A stretch of DNA of 64,000 nucleotides from Solirubrobacteraceae bacterium (GCA_036490975.1 DASXCS010000001.1:63225-127224), one strand, 5' to 3'. Counted from the stretch's first letter, positions 1-9,670 are shown. Numbers and translations: made by a program. Notes: a model not told the origin generated them from the sequence alone.

Positions 1-1420
1 CCGGATTGGTTCCGCTCATCGTGGTCGACGGGACGTGCTCGAAGACCGGGTAGGTGCCGAGCGCGGTGGGCGCCGAGGGGATGCCCGTGTTGACCGGCAC
101 GGTGAACTCGTTCTTGCCGTCGTGCCACAGGGTCAGCGACTCGGGGCTGCCCTCGCTGACCTCCACGAAGCTGTAGCCGGAGGTCGAGGTCTTGCCGGTC
201 ACGGCTGCCGAGATCAGGGCCTTCCACACGGCGGGGCCGGGCTGGCCGTCGGTGGTCAGCCCGTGGTCATCCTCAAACCGCATCACGGCGCCCCTGGTCA
301 TCGTGCCGAAGGTCCCGGGCGCCCACATGCCGCGCAGCGCGCTGGGAATGTTGCCGTAGCGCCAGGAGAAGCTGCCTGACGGGGGCTTGACCGCCGCCCC
401 CTCCTGCGCGCTCGTCGTTGCGGCCACAGCCGGACCGTTGAAGTTGAGCGGGAGGTAGCCGAGCTTGGCCAGCAGCTGTTGGAGGCGGAGCGTCGAGCCC
501 GGCGGGACCGTCCAGTTGCCCGTCTCCGAGGACCCGGTCTGCCCGCCCACCAGCCTGACGGCGGAGGGCAGGGCGACCGCGACCTTGGCCCCCAGGCCGT
601 AGCCGTAGCCGTGGGGCCGGAAGACGATCGCGTGGCTGTTCAGCTGGTGCCAGGTGCCCGAAGCGTTCGGGAGGACGGGCGGGAGATGCCCGCCCAGAGC
701 CTGAGACACCGGCTTGGAGAAGGTCAGGGTGATCGGTGTGTGCGGGCGAATCTTGGAGCCGGGAGTCGGTGAGGCCACGGCGGACGTGGCGGCGCCGGCC
801 GGGAACCAGCTCACCAGCGCGGGCCGAGTGGCCTCCCAGCCGCGGGGCAGGCCCAGGATCCAGATCGAGCCCGCCACGCCGGAGCGCTGGAGCGTGACCA
901 CGCGTGTGGGCGCCGGCAGCACATGCTTGACCAGCTTCTTGGGCGAGCTGCCGTAGGCGATGGCGCTCACCGGACGTGTGAAGCTCAGCCGGAGCGGGGC
1001 TTTGGAACGCACGGTCACATAGCTGTGGGCCGGGACGGCGGCCGGGGTGCTCACCGTCAGCTCGAGCGTCTGACGAGACCCGGTCAGCCAGCTGATCCAC
1101 CCGGGGCGCTTGATCACGACCTGGATGGTGAGCTTCCGACCTGCCCAGACCCGCTTGCTGGGCCATACGACGTTGCCGTGCATGGCCACGGGTACGCGGC
1201 GGCTGTGGGGGCCGGTGACGGCCAGCACGCTCTCAATCGTGCCGCCGCCGAGCGGCATCTGGACCCTGGCCAGGCCGTGCGAGTCGGCCACCAGGCTCGG
1301 CTTGGACGTCCCCAGTACGGCCAGCGCCGCCCCGAACGCGACCAGCACGGCCACCAGGAGGCCGACGACAATGTGCGCTGGGCGCAGCCGCCGACGGGGG
1401 CTCCAATCAGGCCCCGGCAT
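1..1420 (-). CDS. L,D-transpeptidase-like cell-wall enzyme (membrane anchor, PG-binding repeat, YkuD-type domain). Partial: the 3' end runs off the left edge
   Basis: Absent from the ORF track because it has no stop inside the window. Hand translation of the third minus frame from ATG 1420-1418 stays open to base 1. It reads MPGPDWSPRRRLRPAHIVVGLLVAVLVAFGAALAVLG (TM helix), then RGAVMRFEDDHGLTTDGQPGPAVWKAL (PG_binding_1-like), then FTVPVNTGIPSAPTALGTYPVFEHVPSTTMSG (YkuD-like). Purine-rich GGAAGGGA lies just upstream of the ATG. Confidence 0.8.
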   Translation of the reverse strand, partial: MPGPDWSPRRRLRPAHIVVGLLVAVLVAFGAALAVLGTSKPSLVADSHGLARVQMPLGGGTIESVLAVTGPHSRRVPVAMHGNVVWPSKRVWAGRKLTIQVVIKRPGWISWLTGSRQTLELTVSTPAAVPAHSYVTVRSKAPLRLSFTRPVSAIAYGSSPKKLVKHVLPAPTRVVTLQRSGVAGSIWILGLPRGWEATRPALVSWFPAGAATSAVASPTPGSKIRPHTPITLTFSKPVSQALGGHLPPVLPNASGTWHQLNSHAIVFRPHGYGYGLGAKVAVALPSAVRLVGGQTGSSETGNWTVPPGSTLRLQQLLAKLGYLPLNFNGPAVAATTSAQEGAAVKPPSGSFSWRYGNIPSALRGMWAPGTFGTMTRGAVMRFEDDHGLTTDGQPGPAVWKALISAAVTGKTSTSGYSFVEVSEGSPESLTLWHDGKNEFTVPVNTGIPSAPTALGTYPVFEHVPSTTMSGTNP

Positions 1421-1672
1421 GAGTCCCTTCCTACGCGTGCGCCCTTCTGAGACTATTGCCACTTGATGAAAGCGTAGCGACTTGGGTGGAGGGCTCTCAA
1501 GGGCCCGGTGGTGGTGGGTCGGGGTTGCAAGGGTTCATGCGTGTTGCGGGGGAAATGCCGGCGGGGGCCGGAAGCGGCGGCCCTGCCTCTGGTCGTCGTC
1601 TACGGATGCGACGTCCGCTCAGGCGCGGGCTACCACGCCCGCTCCGGCGGCAAACTTCCCTTCGGTCGGCGC

Positions 1673-3358
1673 TCAGGTAGCCGGAGTGGTGACGGCGCCG
1701 TCCGAAGCGCTTGACACCAGCCGGGCGTACTTGGCCAGGGCCGGCCCCGGATGGGGCTTCTCGGGCGGTCTGTAGCGCTGCGCTCGGGCGGCCAGCTCCT
1801 CCTCGGACACGGCGACGTCCAGGCGGCGGTTGGTCACATCCAGCGTGATCTGATCGCCGTCCTCCACGAGACCGATCGGCCCGCCGCGCACGGACTCCGG
1901 AGAGACATGGCCCGCCATCAGGCCTCGGGTGGCCCCGGAGAACCGTCCATCGGTCAGGAGCGCCACCTCCTCGCCCAGTCCCTCACCAACGAGCGCCGCG
2001 GTCACGGCCAGCATCTCCCGCATGCCCGGTCCGCCGGCCGGACCCTCGTTGCGGATGACCACGACGTCGCCAGCCCTGATCGCCTGCTGGCTCACCGCCT
2101 CCATGGCCGCCTCCTCGCCCTCGAACACCCGGGCCGGGCCCGTGTGAACGAGCCGCTCATGGCCGGCCACCTTGACCACACAGCCGTCGGGGGCCAGGTT
2201 GCCGCGCAGGATGACCAGACCACCGGTGGCCTTGATCGGGTCCTCCAGGGTCCGGACCACCCTCTGGCCCTCGGCCTCGGTGGCCTGATCGGCGATCTCC
2301 CCCACCGTCTGACCCGTGACCGTCTGGGCGTCGACGTGGAGGCGGCCGGCGTCCTTGAGGCGCCGCAGGACGAGCGGAACCCCTCCGGCTTCGTAGAGGT
2401 CCGGGGCCACGTACTGTCCGCCGGGCTTGAGGTCGCAGAGCAGCGGTGTGCTCTCGCTGATGCGGTCGAAGTCGTCGATCGACAGCTCGACGCCGGCCTC
2501 GCGGGCCACCGCCAGGAGGTGCAGAACGCCGTTGGTCGATCCGCCGCTGCAGGCGATCGCGGCGATCGCGTTCTCCAGACTGTCCTTGGTGATGATGTCG
2601 CTCGGGAGCTGGCCCCGGCCCAGGATGTCCATGATCAGCGCGCCCGTCCGTCCGGCCACGTCGGCCTTCCGCGGGTCCTCGGCCGGGACCATCGAGAACC
2701 CGGACGGGGAGATCCCCAGAACCTCGAACGCCATCGCCATCGTGTTGGCGGTGAACTGGCCTGCGCACCCGCCCGCCCCCGGTGAGGCCACGGCTTCGAG
2801 CTCGGCCAGCTGCTCGTCGGTCATCCGCCCGGCGGCGTGAGCGCCCACGGCCTCAAAGACCTCCTGGATCGTCACCCGCTCGCCGCGCCAGACCCCGGGC
2901 ATGATCGAGCCGCCGTAGAGCATCACGCTCGGGACGTTCATCCGACACAGGGCCATCACCGTCGCCGGGATCGTTTTGTCACACCCGCTGATGGCCACGA
3001 CGGCGTCGAACATGTGGGCATTGACCACGAGCTCGATCGAGTCGGCGATCAGCTCCCGGCTCGGCAGCGACGCCCGCATCCCGGGGGTGCCCATCGTGAT
3101 CCCGTCCGAGATCGCGATCGTGTTGAGCTCCATCGGGGTCCCCCCCGCCGCCCGGATGCCCTCCTTGACCCGGGCAGCGAGCGCCCGGAGATGGAAGTTG
3201 CACGGCATCGTCTCAATCCACGTGTTGGCGACTGCGATCAGCGGCTTGCTGAGCGCTTCGTCGTCGTAGCCGATGCCCTTCAGGTAGGCCCGGGCGGCGG
3301 CCCGCTGGGGGCCTTCCGTGAGCGCACGGCTGCGATGCTTGGGGTCAGGCACGGCCAT
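1673..3358 (-). CDS. ilvD: dihydroxy-acid dehydratase
   Basis: 561-aa ORF with N-terminus [31 protein letters not shown], the SGCDKTIPA segment and [18 protein letters not shown], all typical of IlvD/Edd dehydratases. Confidence 0.95.
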   Translation of the reverse strand: MAVPDPKHRSRALTEGPQRAAARAYLKGIGYDDEALSKPLIAVANTWIETMPCNFHLRALAARVKEGIRAAGGTPMELNTIAISDGITMGTPGMRASLPSRELIADSIELVVNAHMFDAVVAISGCDKTIPATVMALCRMNVPSVMLYGGSIMPGVWRGERVTIQEVFEAVGAHAAGRMTDEQLAELEAVASPGAGGCAGQFTANTMAMAFEVLGISPSGFSMVPAEDPRKADVAGRTGALIMDILGRGQLPSDIITKDSLENAIAAIACSGGSTNGVLHLLAVAREAGVELSIDDFDRISESTPLLCDLKPGGQYVAPDLYEAGGVPLVLRRLKDAGRLHVDAQTVTGQTVGEIADQATEAEGQRVVRTLEDPIKATGGLVILRGNLAPDGCVVKVAGHERLVHTGPARVFEGEEAAMEAVSQQAIRAGDVVVIRNEGPAGGPGMREMLAVTAALVGEGLGEEVALLTDGRFSGATRGLMAGHVSPESVRGGPIGLVEDGDQITLDVTNRRLDVAVSEEELAARAQRYRPPEKPHPGPALAKYARLVSSASDGAVTTPAT

Positions 3359-3367
3359 GATCCGACT

Positions 3368-3985
3368 TCAGCTGGCGGTCGGAGCTACGACCGGGGCGTC
3401 GGAACCCCGGCCTGCCTTGGCGGAGCGACGGGACCGATGGTGGTACCAGCGAGCCAGGCGGACGAGGTCACGCTCGACCTGGACGGGGTCAACCTGACGG
3501 CCGGGAAGGTGCATGTTGGCCGTGGCGATCAGCTCGTGCTCGTCGCCGGTCAGGGCCATCCACTTGGCCAGGACGTCGTCTGAATCCGGCAGGCGTCCCG
3601 TACCGTTGGTCGTGTCCGGGTCCTCGAAGCTCACGCAGTACTCCCCCACCAGCCGCCCGGAGCTCGGCAGGTAGGCCACGATCGGCCGATGCGGGTAGAG
3701 CAGGTACGCGCACGGCTCGTCGCGACCATCGGCGGATGAGCTGGACACGCGCAGGAAGCCAAGGTCGCGGTACATCTCCCAGTCCTCGGCCGCCACGCAC
3801 GACCGCAGCAGCTCCCGAGCTCGATGCTCGGCCCGCCGCTCGCGGCCGGGATCGGGGAGGATCGGCGCCGGAGAGCGCCGCGCGTTCTCGGCTCTGGCCC
3901 GCCGGCGCCTGGCCACGCGAGGAGCCAGCAGATCGGTGGCGAGCGCCGCCAGGGCAACTACCGCCGCCACGACCGCCACGAGCAT
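3368..3985 (-). CDS. hypothetical membrane-anchored protein, family not recognised
   Basis: 205-aa ORF starting at ATG 3985. N-terminal hydrophobic helix MLVAVVAAVVALAALATDLL is followed by an Arg-rich linker. It starts 7 nt after the stop of the upstream small ORF. High GC3, and no motif I can assign. Confidence 0.6.
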   Translation of the reverse strand: MLVAVVAAVVALAALATDLLAPRVARRRRARAENARRSPAPILPDPGRERRAEHRARELLRSCVAAEDWEMYRDLGFLRVSSSSADGRDEPCAYLLYPHRPIVAYLPSSGRLVGEYCVSFEDPDTTNGTGRLPDSDDVLAKWMALTGDEHELIATANMHLPGRQVDPVQVERDLVRLARWYHHRSRRSAKAGRGSDAPVVAPTAS

Positions 3986-3992
3986 CGATTAT

Positions 3993-4226
3993 CTACCGCC
4001 CACCGGCCGCGCGGGGAAAGAAGATCACGCGGTCAGCGTCAGGCGGAACATCTTCAAACCTGCGCACCATCAGGGACTCGCGCCGGCCGTCATCCTGAGC
4101 CAGAGGGACGGCCGCCCACAGTCCCTCGTCCAGCTGGCGCCGGAACTCCTTCACCAGTCGCTCCTGATCGGCCAGGACCTCTGGATCGCCTTCCGCGATC
4201 AGGATCTCGCCGTACCCCGGCTTCAT
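3993..4226 (-). CDS. small MoaD/ThiS-like (beta-grasp, ubiquitin-fold) protein ending in GG-Arg
   Basis: 77 aa from ATG 4226. The ORF-track ORF 3993..4604 extends further upstream, but that part overlaps thiD and looks non-coding. The C-terminus FEDVPPDADRVIFFPRAAGGR parallels the E. coli MoaD tail FDHPLTDGDEVAFFPPVTGG. GGGTGAGG sits 9 nt upstream of the ATG. Confidence 0.55.
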   Translation of the reverse strand: MKPGYGEILIAEGDPEVLADQERLVKEFRRQLDEGLWAAVPLAQDDGRRESLMVRRFEDVPPDADRVIFFPRAAGGR

Positions 4227-4248
4227 GCGCAGGAACCTCACCCAGGCG

Positions 4249-4258
4249 ATTATGTCAA
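4249..4258 (-). promoter_or_regulatory. promoter-like string TTGACATAAT upstream of the MoaD-like ORF
   Basis: The minus strand reads cccTTTGACATAATcgcctGGGTGAGGttcctgcgcATG. CATAAT would serve as a -10 element 22 nt before the ATG. No good -35 lies at 17-nt spacing, so this is speculative. Confidence 0.25.
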
Positions 4259-4350
4259 AGGGAGGGCGGCGTGATGCCGGGGTTATGTTGCGCTCGGCCG
4301 TGATTCGGTGGCGACGCGAGCCAGGGTCAGCGCACAGTGGCCAGGGCCAC

Positions 4351-5145
4351 TCAGCGCTCGAGGCCGAGGACGTCGACCGGGCCGGCGCCCACCCCGACGT
4401 CGCGCAGGCCATCGCGCACGGCGTCGGCGGCCATCCGCCTGGCCGTCCTGGCCGCGGCCAGCGGGTCATCACCCCAGGCCAGGCGGGCGGCCAGGACCGA
4501 CGAGTGGGTGCAGCCGGATCCGTGAGCCGCGCCGTCGGGGTGGCGCTCGCCCGGAATCTCGACCAGCTCGCGGCCGTCGAAGAACAGGTCGGTCGCCTGC
4601 TCACGATGGCCGCCGGTCAGTACGACGCTGTCCGGGCCCAGCTCATGGACAGCGCGGACGAGCTGGTCGGGTGCCTCCCCGTCCGGTGCTTGGACGAGGG
4701 CCTGCGCCTCGGGGATGTTGGGCGTGGCCACCGTCGTCCGGGGAAGCAGGAGATCGGTCAGGCCGCCCCGGGCCGACGGCGCCAGCAGCTCGGCGCCCGA
4801 CTCGGCCACCAGGACCGGGTCCACCACGACCGGGATGCCCGGTGCCAGAAGATCCAGCGCCTGCGCCACCGCCTGGATGGTCTCGAGGTCGCCCAGCATC
4901 CCCACCTTGACCGCGTCCACGCCGATGTCGTCCTGGACGGCCCGGACCTGGGCCAGGATCACCCTCGGCGGGATGGGATGGATGGCCGTGACGCCGACGG
5001 TGTTCTGAGCCGTGATGGCCGTCACGGCCGTCATCCCATGGACTCCACAGGCGGCGAAGGCCTTCAGGTCGGCCTGAATCCCGGCCCCGCCTCCGGAGTC
5101 GGAGCCGGCGATCGAGAGCACACAGGGGATCCGGCGGTCGGACAC
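4351..5145 (-). CDS. thiD: hydroxymethylpyrimidine/phosphomethylpyrimidine kinase
   Basis: Contains CVLSIAGSDSGGGAGIQADLKAF, VKVGMLG and the C-terminal GSGCTHSSVLAA. The ORF-track start at 5349 overlaps dprA. GTG at 5145 gives VSDRRIPCVLSIAGSD, a typical ThiD N-terminus. Confidence 0.9.
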   Translation of the reverse strand: MSDRRIPCVLSIAGSDSGGGAGIQADLKAFAACGVHGMTAVTAITAQNTVGVTAIHPIPPRVILAQVRAVQDDIGVDAVKVGMLGDLETIQAVAQALDLLAPGIPVVVDPVLVAESGAELLAPSARGGLTDLLLPRTTVATPNIPEAQALVQAPDGEAPDQLVRAVHELGPDSVVLTGGHREQATDLFFDGRELVEIPGERHPDGAAHGSGCTHSSVLAARLAWGDDPLAAARTARRMAADAVRDGLRDVGVGAGPVDVLGLER

Positions 5146-5209
5146 TGTCCATAGGTAAGCAGTGGCCTCCGGCACGAGGCACTGGGCCGTTGCGCGCGGC
5201 GGCGACGGG

Positions 5210-6289
5210 TCAGGGCATGACGGCGAACCTCCCTCCCACCTCTCGGCGGATGTGGCCAGACAGCTCGAGCGCAGAGAGCACCTGGAGGCTCTGATCTGGG
5301 TCCAGTCCCAGGCGGGCCAGGGCCGCCGGGGTGTCGTGGCCGTCGGCAATCGCCCTCAACCAGCGCCGCAGCGCTGGCTCGGGTTCTGGGCGGCGGTCCG
5401 TGTTCGCCCTGCGTACCCCGGCGCCGTAGAGCGCGTCGAGGACGTCCTGGGCACCCGTTATGGGGTGGGCGCCGTTCTTGAGCAGGCAGTTCGGGCCGGC
5501 GGCCTGTTCGGAGGTGACCCGGCCGGGCACGGCACCGATTGGCCTTCCCAGCGTCTGCGCCCAACGGGTCGTGATCAATGCACCGGACCCATGACTGGCC
5601 TCGACAACCAGCGTCATCGCGGCCAGGCCCGCGATCAGGCGGTTGCGAGCCGGAAACATCCAGCGCCACACCTCGCTACGGGGAGGGAGCTCGGACACCG
5701 CACAGCCCGTGGCAGTGATGCGGCGGTAAAGCGCTCTCTGGGAGGCCGGATGGGCGCGCTCGGCGCCGCCGGGGAGGATGGCGATCGTCGCGCCGCCCGC
5801 GGATAGCGCCCCCTCATGAGCCGCGGAGTCGATTCCGAAGGCCATCCCGCTCACCACCGTGAGCCCGCTGGCGGCGAGCTCCCGTGCCAGCGTCCGGGCA
5901 ACGTCGAGGCCATAGCTCGAGGGTCTGCGCGTGCCCACAATCGCCACCGTCTCCTGCTCGGCGAGCGCGATGAAGCGCTCCAGATCGCCGGACACATGCA
6001 GAACCGCCGGCGAACTGGGAAGCGCCCAGAGAAGGGCCGGGTAGTCGTGGTCACAGCGACAGATCAGTTCCAGACCCTCGTGCGCGGCCCGATCGCGGGC
6101 AGCCTGCGGATCGAGCTGCCCCAGGCGTGCCTCCAGGTCGGGGCGGTGTCGCCCGCCAACGGCACGGACCAGCTCGTCGTCGTCGAGCTCGAGGAGCTCG
6201 GCCAGCCGGGAACCGGTGCGCTCGAGGTGCCCGCCCAGCGCGGCCAGCAGCCACGCTCGTCTGAGGCAGTCATCGCAGGCCGCCGTCAT
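5210..6289 (-). CDS. dprA: DNA processing protein DprA (Smf)
   Basis: 359 aa with TVVSGMAFGIDSAAHEGAL, the LPGG and WRWMFPARNRLIAGL core. 4-nt overlap with the stop of the upstream comM-like gene. Confidence 0.9.
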   Translation of the reverse strand: MTAACDDCLRRAWLLAALGGHLERTGSRLAELLELDDDELVRAVGGRHRPDLEARLGQLDPQAARDRAAHEGLELICRCDHDYPALLWALPSSPAVLHVSGDLERFIALAEQETVAIVGTRRPSSYGLDVARTLARELAASGLTVVSGMAFGIDSAAHEGALSAGGATIAILPGGAERAHPASQRALYRRITATGCAVSELPPRSEVWRWMFPARNRLIAGLAAMTLVVEASHGSGALITTRWAQTLGRPIGAVPGRVTSEQAAGPNCLLKNGAHPITGAQDVLDALYGAGVRRANTDRRPEPEPALRRWLRAIADGHDTPAALARLGLDPDQSLQVLSALELSGHIRREVGGRFAVMP

Positions 6290-7800
6290 GCCGCCAGCGC
6301 CTCAGACGCGCTCCGCTGACGAAGACTGAGTGCCGTGAGGACGTGCTCCTCCCGCACTTGCTGGCTGGCCGCGAGGTCGGCGATCGTCCTGGCCACCCGG
6401 ACGACACGGTGCCTGCCGCGGGCGCTGAGTGCTCCGACGGCATACGCACGGGCCAGGACGCGCTCGGCCGCGCTGTCGAGCTGAGCGTGCCGGGTCAACG
6501 AGCGGGCGTCGAGCTCACCGTTGCAGCGGGGTCCGTCGGGTGTGTAGCGGGCGCGCTGGCGCTCGCGGGCCTCGGCGACGAGCCCGGCTCCCGCCGCCGA
6601 CGAGATCATGGGTGGCGCGGTCAGGTCCGCTTCCGAGGGCCGCTCCACGTTGACCAGCAGGTCCATCCGGTCCAGGAGTGGACCGCTCAGGCGACGGCGA
6701 TGCCGGCGGAGGTCGGCCTCACCGCATCGGCACCTGTCCCCCACTCCGGCGAAGCCGCATGGGCAGGGGTTGGTCGCCGCGGCCAGGATGAACCGCGTGG
6801 GCAGGACAAGCGCGTGCTGGCTGCGCACGATCATCACCGAGCCGTCCTCGAGCGGCTGGCGCAGAGCCTCCAGGCTGGGGCGCGGGAACTCCGACAGCTC
6901 GTCCAGGAACAGGACCCCGTGGTGGGCGAGCGTGGCCTCGCCGGCCCGGGGTGGCGAGCCGCCTCCGACCAACCCGGCGGCGGAGATCGTGTGGTGCGGC
7001 GCCCGAAACGGCCGCTGCTCGATCAGCCCGTGGGCGTGCAGGCCGGCGATGCTGTGGATCCGCGTCACCTCAATCGCCTCGGTACGGCTCATCGGAGGCA
7101 GGATCGATGGCAGGCGCCGAGCGAGCATCGTCTTGCCCGTCCCGGGCGCACCTTCAAGGAGCAGGTTGTGACCGCCGGCGGCGGCGATCTGCAGGGCCAT
7201 CAGCGGGGTCCTGTGCCCACGGATGTCAGCCAGGTCGGGGCCGGGCGCGGCCGGCGAGTGACCGGAGCGTGGAGGTAGCGGCGGCGGATGGCCTCCCGCC
7301 ACGACATCCGCAGCCTCCCGCAGTGTCCCTGCGGCCACGACCTGAAGACCGTCGACCAGCGCGGCCTCCTGGGCCCGGTGCTGGGGCACGATCAGCCGCG
7401 TCAGTCCAGCGCCGATCGCGCCCTCGGCCACGGCGAGGGCGCCTGGGGAGTCCCGGAACTCGCCGGTCAGGGAGAGCTCCCCGAATACGGCGAAGGAGCG
7501 CAGCTCGGCCGCGGGGACCTGGCCGCTGGCCGCCAGGATGCCGAGGGCCAGCGCGGCATCGAAGCCAGGTCCGACCTTCCTCAGAAACGCCGGAGCCAGG
7601 TTCGCGGTGATGCGCGTCCTGGGGAAGTCGAAGCCCGAGTTGAGAATCGCTGCCCGAACACGGTCGCGTGACTCGCGAACGGCCATGTCGGCCAGGCCGA
7701 CGATCGTGAAGGTCGGTAGACCGTCGCGGATGTCGACCTCAACCCAGACCTGTCGCGGGTTGACCCCGTCAATGGCAAACGTGGCCAGGCGAGCCAGCAT
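6286..7800 (-). CDS. comM: YifB/ComM family Mg-chelatase-like ATPase
   Basis: MLARLATFAIDGVNPRQVWVEVDIRDGLPTFTIVGLADMAVRESRDRV (Lon-like N-domain), Walker A GAPGTGKT and LFLDELSEF. The internal ATG at 7800 is preferred over the ORF-track start at 7908. Confidence 0.9.
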   Translation of the reverse strand: MLARLATFAIDGVNPRQVWVEVDIRDGLPTFTIVGLADMAVRESRDRVRAAILNSGFDFPRTRITANLAPAFLRKVGPGFDAALALGILAASGQVPAAELRSFAVFGELSLTGEFRDSPGALAVAEGAIGAGLTRLIVPQHRAQEAALVDGLQVVAAGTLREAADVVAGGHPPPLPPRSGHSPAAPGPDLADIRGHRTPLMALQIAAAGGHNLLLEGAPGTGKTMLARRLPSILPPMSRTEAIEVTRIHSIAGLHAHGLIEQRPFRAPHHTISAAGLVGGGSPPRAGEATLAHHGVLFLDELSEFPRPSLEALRQPLEDGSVMIVRSQHALVLPTRFILAAATNPCPCGFAGVGDRCRCGEADLRRHRRRLSGPLLDRMDLLVNVERPSEADLTAPPMISSAAGAGLVAEARERQRARYTPDGPRCNGELDARSLTRHAQLDSAAERVLARAYAVGALSARGRHRVVRVARTIADLAASQQVREEHVLTALSLRQRSASEALAA

Positions 7801-7940
7801 GCCGCCGACGCTACGACGGATCGAGTCGGACGTGGGTGACGCCGTGTGCCAAGACTGCGCATGCGACCCGTCCTGGCCTGCGCAGAATCGTGACCCCTCG
7901 GTACCCACCTGTCACGCGATTGCCCGTAGCGTCGCCAGGG

Positions 7941-8312
7941 ATGACCGAAGGGCGTCAGAGGCTGGGCCGGGCAGGCGAGACGCTGGCCGCCCAGCACCTG
8001 GTGAGGCGGGGCTTCAGCATCCTGGAGCGCAACTTCAGGACCCGCTGGGGCGAGCTGGACATCGTGGCCTTCGACGGCCGAGAGCTCGTGTTCTGCGAGG
8101 TCAAGACCCGCCGGGCGAGCGCTGGGCGGGCATGGCCGCTCGAGTCCGTGCACCCTCGCAAGCGCTCCCAGGTTCGCCGGATGGCCTCATCCTGGCTGCG
8201 GGAGCGCCCGGACCACCCGTATGCCCGGGCGATCCGATTTGACGCGATCGGGATCAGGCTGGATGGCGCAGGGCGGCTGGTGAGCCTGGAGCACCTGGAG
8301 GGGGCGTTCTGA
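7941..8312 (+). CDS. yraN: YraN family (UPF0102) endonuclease-like protein
   Basis: MTEGRQRLGRAGETLAAQHLVRRGFSILERNFRTRWGELDIVAF...CEVKTR pattern. ATG 7941 is preferred over the ORF-track start at 7836. Confidence 0.85.
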   Translation: MTEGRQRLGRAGETLAAQHLVRRGFSILERNFRTRWGELDIVAFDGRELVFCEVKTRRASAGRAWPLESVHPRKRSQVRRMASSWLRERPDHPYARAIRFDAIGIRLDGAGRLVSLEHLEGAF

Positions 8313-8367
8313 GGCGGCCCCGCCGGCCTGGTGGAGCGGCCGTGGCGCGCCGGCCTGGCGGAGGCCC

Positions 8368-9150
8368 CTACCCCAGAGCCAGCTGCTGGTACGCCGCGGA
8401 CTGGAACGAGCGACGGTGTAGCGGGGAGACGCCCTGGCGCAGGATGGCCTCCCGGTGTTCCGGGGTGGCGTAGCCGACGTGGGTGGCGAACTCCCAGCCC
8501 GGATGTGCGGCGTCGGCCCGGCGCATATAGCGGTCGCGGGTCTCCTTGGCGATTACGGAGGCGGCCGCGATCGCGGCGCTGGTGGCATCGCCGCCGACCA
8601 CGGCCCGCTGCTCATGCTCCAGCGCCCGCACCGGGAAGCCGTCGCTGAGGCAGATGCAGCCTGGGCAGGCCACACGGCGCAGGGCATCGTGCAGCGCGGC
8701 CAGGTTGGTCACGTGCAGCCCACGAGCGTCGATTCCAGGGGCACACCGGGAGACGATGGCCACTCGTGCGGCCACGCGCAGGATCACCGGGAACAGCTCC
8801 GCCCGTTTCTCAGGAGTCTGCTGCTTGGAGTCGTTCAGCCCGGCCAGAGCTCGGACCTCCCTGATTCCGAGCCGGTCCAGGTCGAACATCACGGCCGCCG
8901 CCACCAGCGGGCCGGCCAGGGAACCACGGCCGGCCTCATCGGCACCGGCCACGAACCGCAGCCCCAACGAGCGGTCGAACTTGAACAGGCGCCCCGTGAC
9001 GCGGCCCCGAGAGGCGGGGCGACGGCGCCGAGTCAGCGGCCGATCAGAGGAAGCCGATGCGGTCGGGCGGCCAGTAGGTGAAGAAGGCGACGCCGATGAC
9101 CCATTTGTCTGGGACGGGTCCCCAGAAACGACTGTCGTCGGATTCGCCAC
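8368..9150 (-). CDS. rnhB: ribonuclease HII (start uncertain)
   Basis: FVAGADEAGRGSLAGPLVAAAV catalytic DEAGRG motif with an RNase HII-like C-terminal half. The GTG at 9150 overlaps lepB by 107 nt. A downstream start is likely (TTG 8967 or GTG 8952, just before the DEAGRG box). Confidence 0.8.
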   Translation of the reverse strand: MANPTTVVSGDPSQTNGSSASPSSPTGRPTASASSDRPLTRRRRPASRGRVTGRLFKFDRSLGLRFVAGADEAGRGSLAGPLVAAAVMFDLDRLGIREVRALAGLNDSKQQTPEKRAELFPVILRVAARVAIVSRCAPGIDARGLHVTNLAALHDALRRVACPGCICLSDGFPVRALEHEQRAVVGGDATSAAIAAASVIAKETRDRYMRRADAAHPGWEFATHVGYATPEHREAILRQGVSPLHRRSFQSAAYQQLALG

Positions 9151-9670
9151 GGTTGTCGCCCATCATGAAGTAATCGCCGGGCGGAATCCTGATCGGAGTT
9201 GGGAAATTGCATGAAGGCTGTTGGCCGCAGGACTCCGTGTAGGAGTCGCTCTCGCGGGCGCCGTTGCGGTACACGTGGCCGTCGAGGATCCTGATCACGT
9301 CGCCCGGGCCGCCCACCACGCGCTTGATGAACGTCTGGGTGGACTCCTTGGCGGTCGACTGGTCGCAGGCCTGAGGATGTCCCGCACCCTGGTTCTGATC
9401 GCCGCAGATCGGGCTGGCCGGATCCGCTCCCGCTGGCGGATGGAAGACGACGATGTCGCCGACGCTGGGATGGTTGATCAGGCGGTTGGCCAGGACCCGC
9501 TGCCCGATCGCCAGCGTGGGCTCCATCGAGGGACTCGGAATCTTGTAGGGCTTGACGATGAAGGCCTGAATCAGCAGGGCCAACCCGACGGCCACTCCGA
9601 CGGTGATCACCAGTTCGATGACCGATTTGAGCGGAGACTTTTTCCTCTCCGGACTTTTCGAGCCGAGCAT
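9044..9670 (-). CDS. lepB: signal peptidase I
   Basis: TM helix followed by the PSPSMEPTL serine box, plus GDNRGESDDSRFWG. The start overlaps the rplS stop (TGATG). Confidence 0.9.
   Translation of the reverse strand: MLGSKSPERKKSPLKSVIELVITVGVAVGLALLIQAFIVKPYKIPSPSMEPTLAIGQRVLANRLINHPSVGDIVVFHPPAGADPASPICGDQNQGAGHPQACDQSTAKESTQTFIKRVVGGPGDVIRILDGHVYRNGARESDSYTESCGQQPSCNFPTPIRIPPGDYFMMGDNRGESDDSRFWGPVPDKWVIGVAFFTYWPPDRIGFL

Noticed and set aside
35-1450. ORF-track entries 35..379(+), 273..1166(-), 479..772(+), 923..1450(+), 1110..1466(+) and 1114..1371(-).
   Set aside because: All are superseded by the third minus frame, which is open from 1420 to the window edge and encodes a coherent L,D-transpeptidase-like protein. 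The listed ORFs give low-complexity translations.
5291-5314. Plus-strand string ctgatctgggtccagtcccaggcg, resembling the CUGAUCUGG...CCAGCG arm of a TPP riboswitch, close to thiD.
   Set aside because: It lies on the strand opposite thiD and inside the dprA coding region. No plus-strand gene follows it, and the other conserved TPP-element segments are missing. The true thiD upstream region (5146-5209, minus strand) has no such motif.
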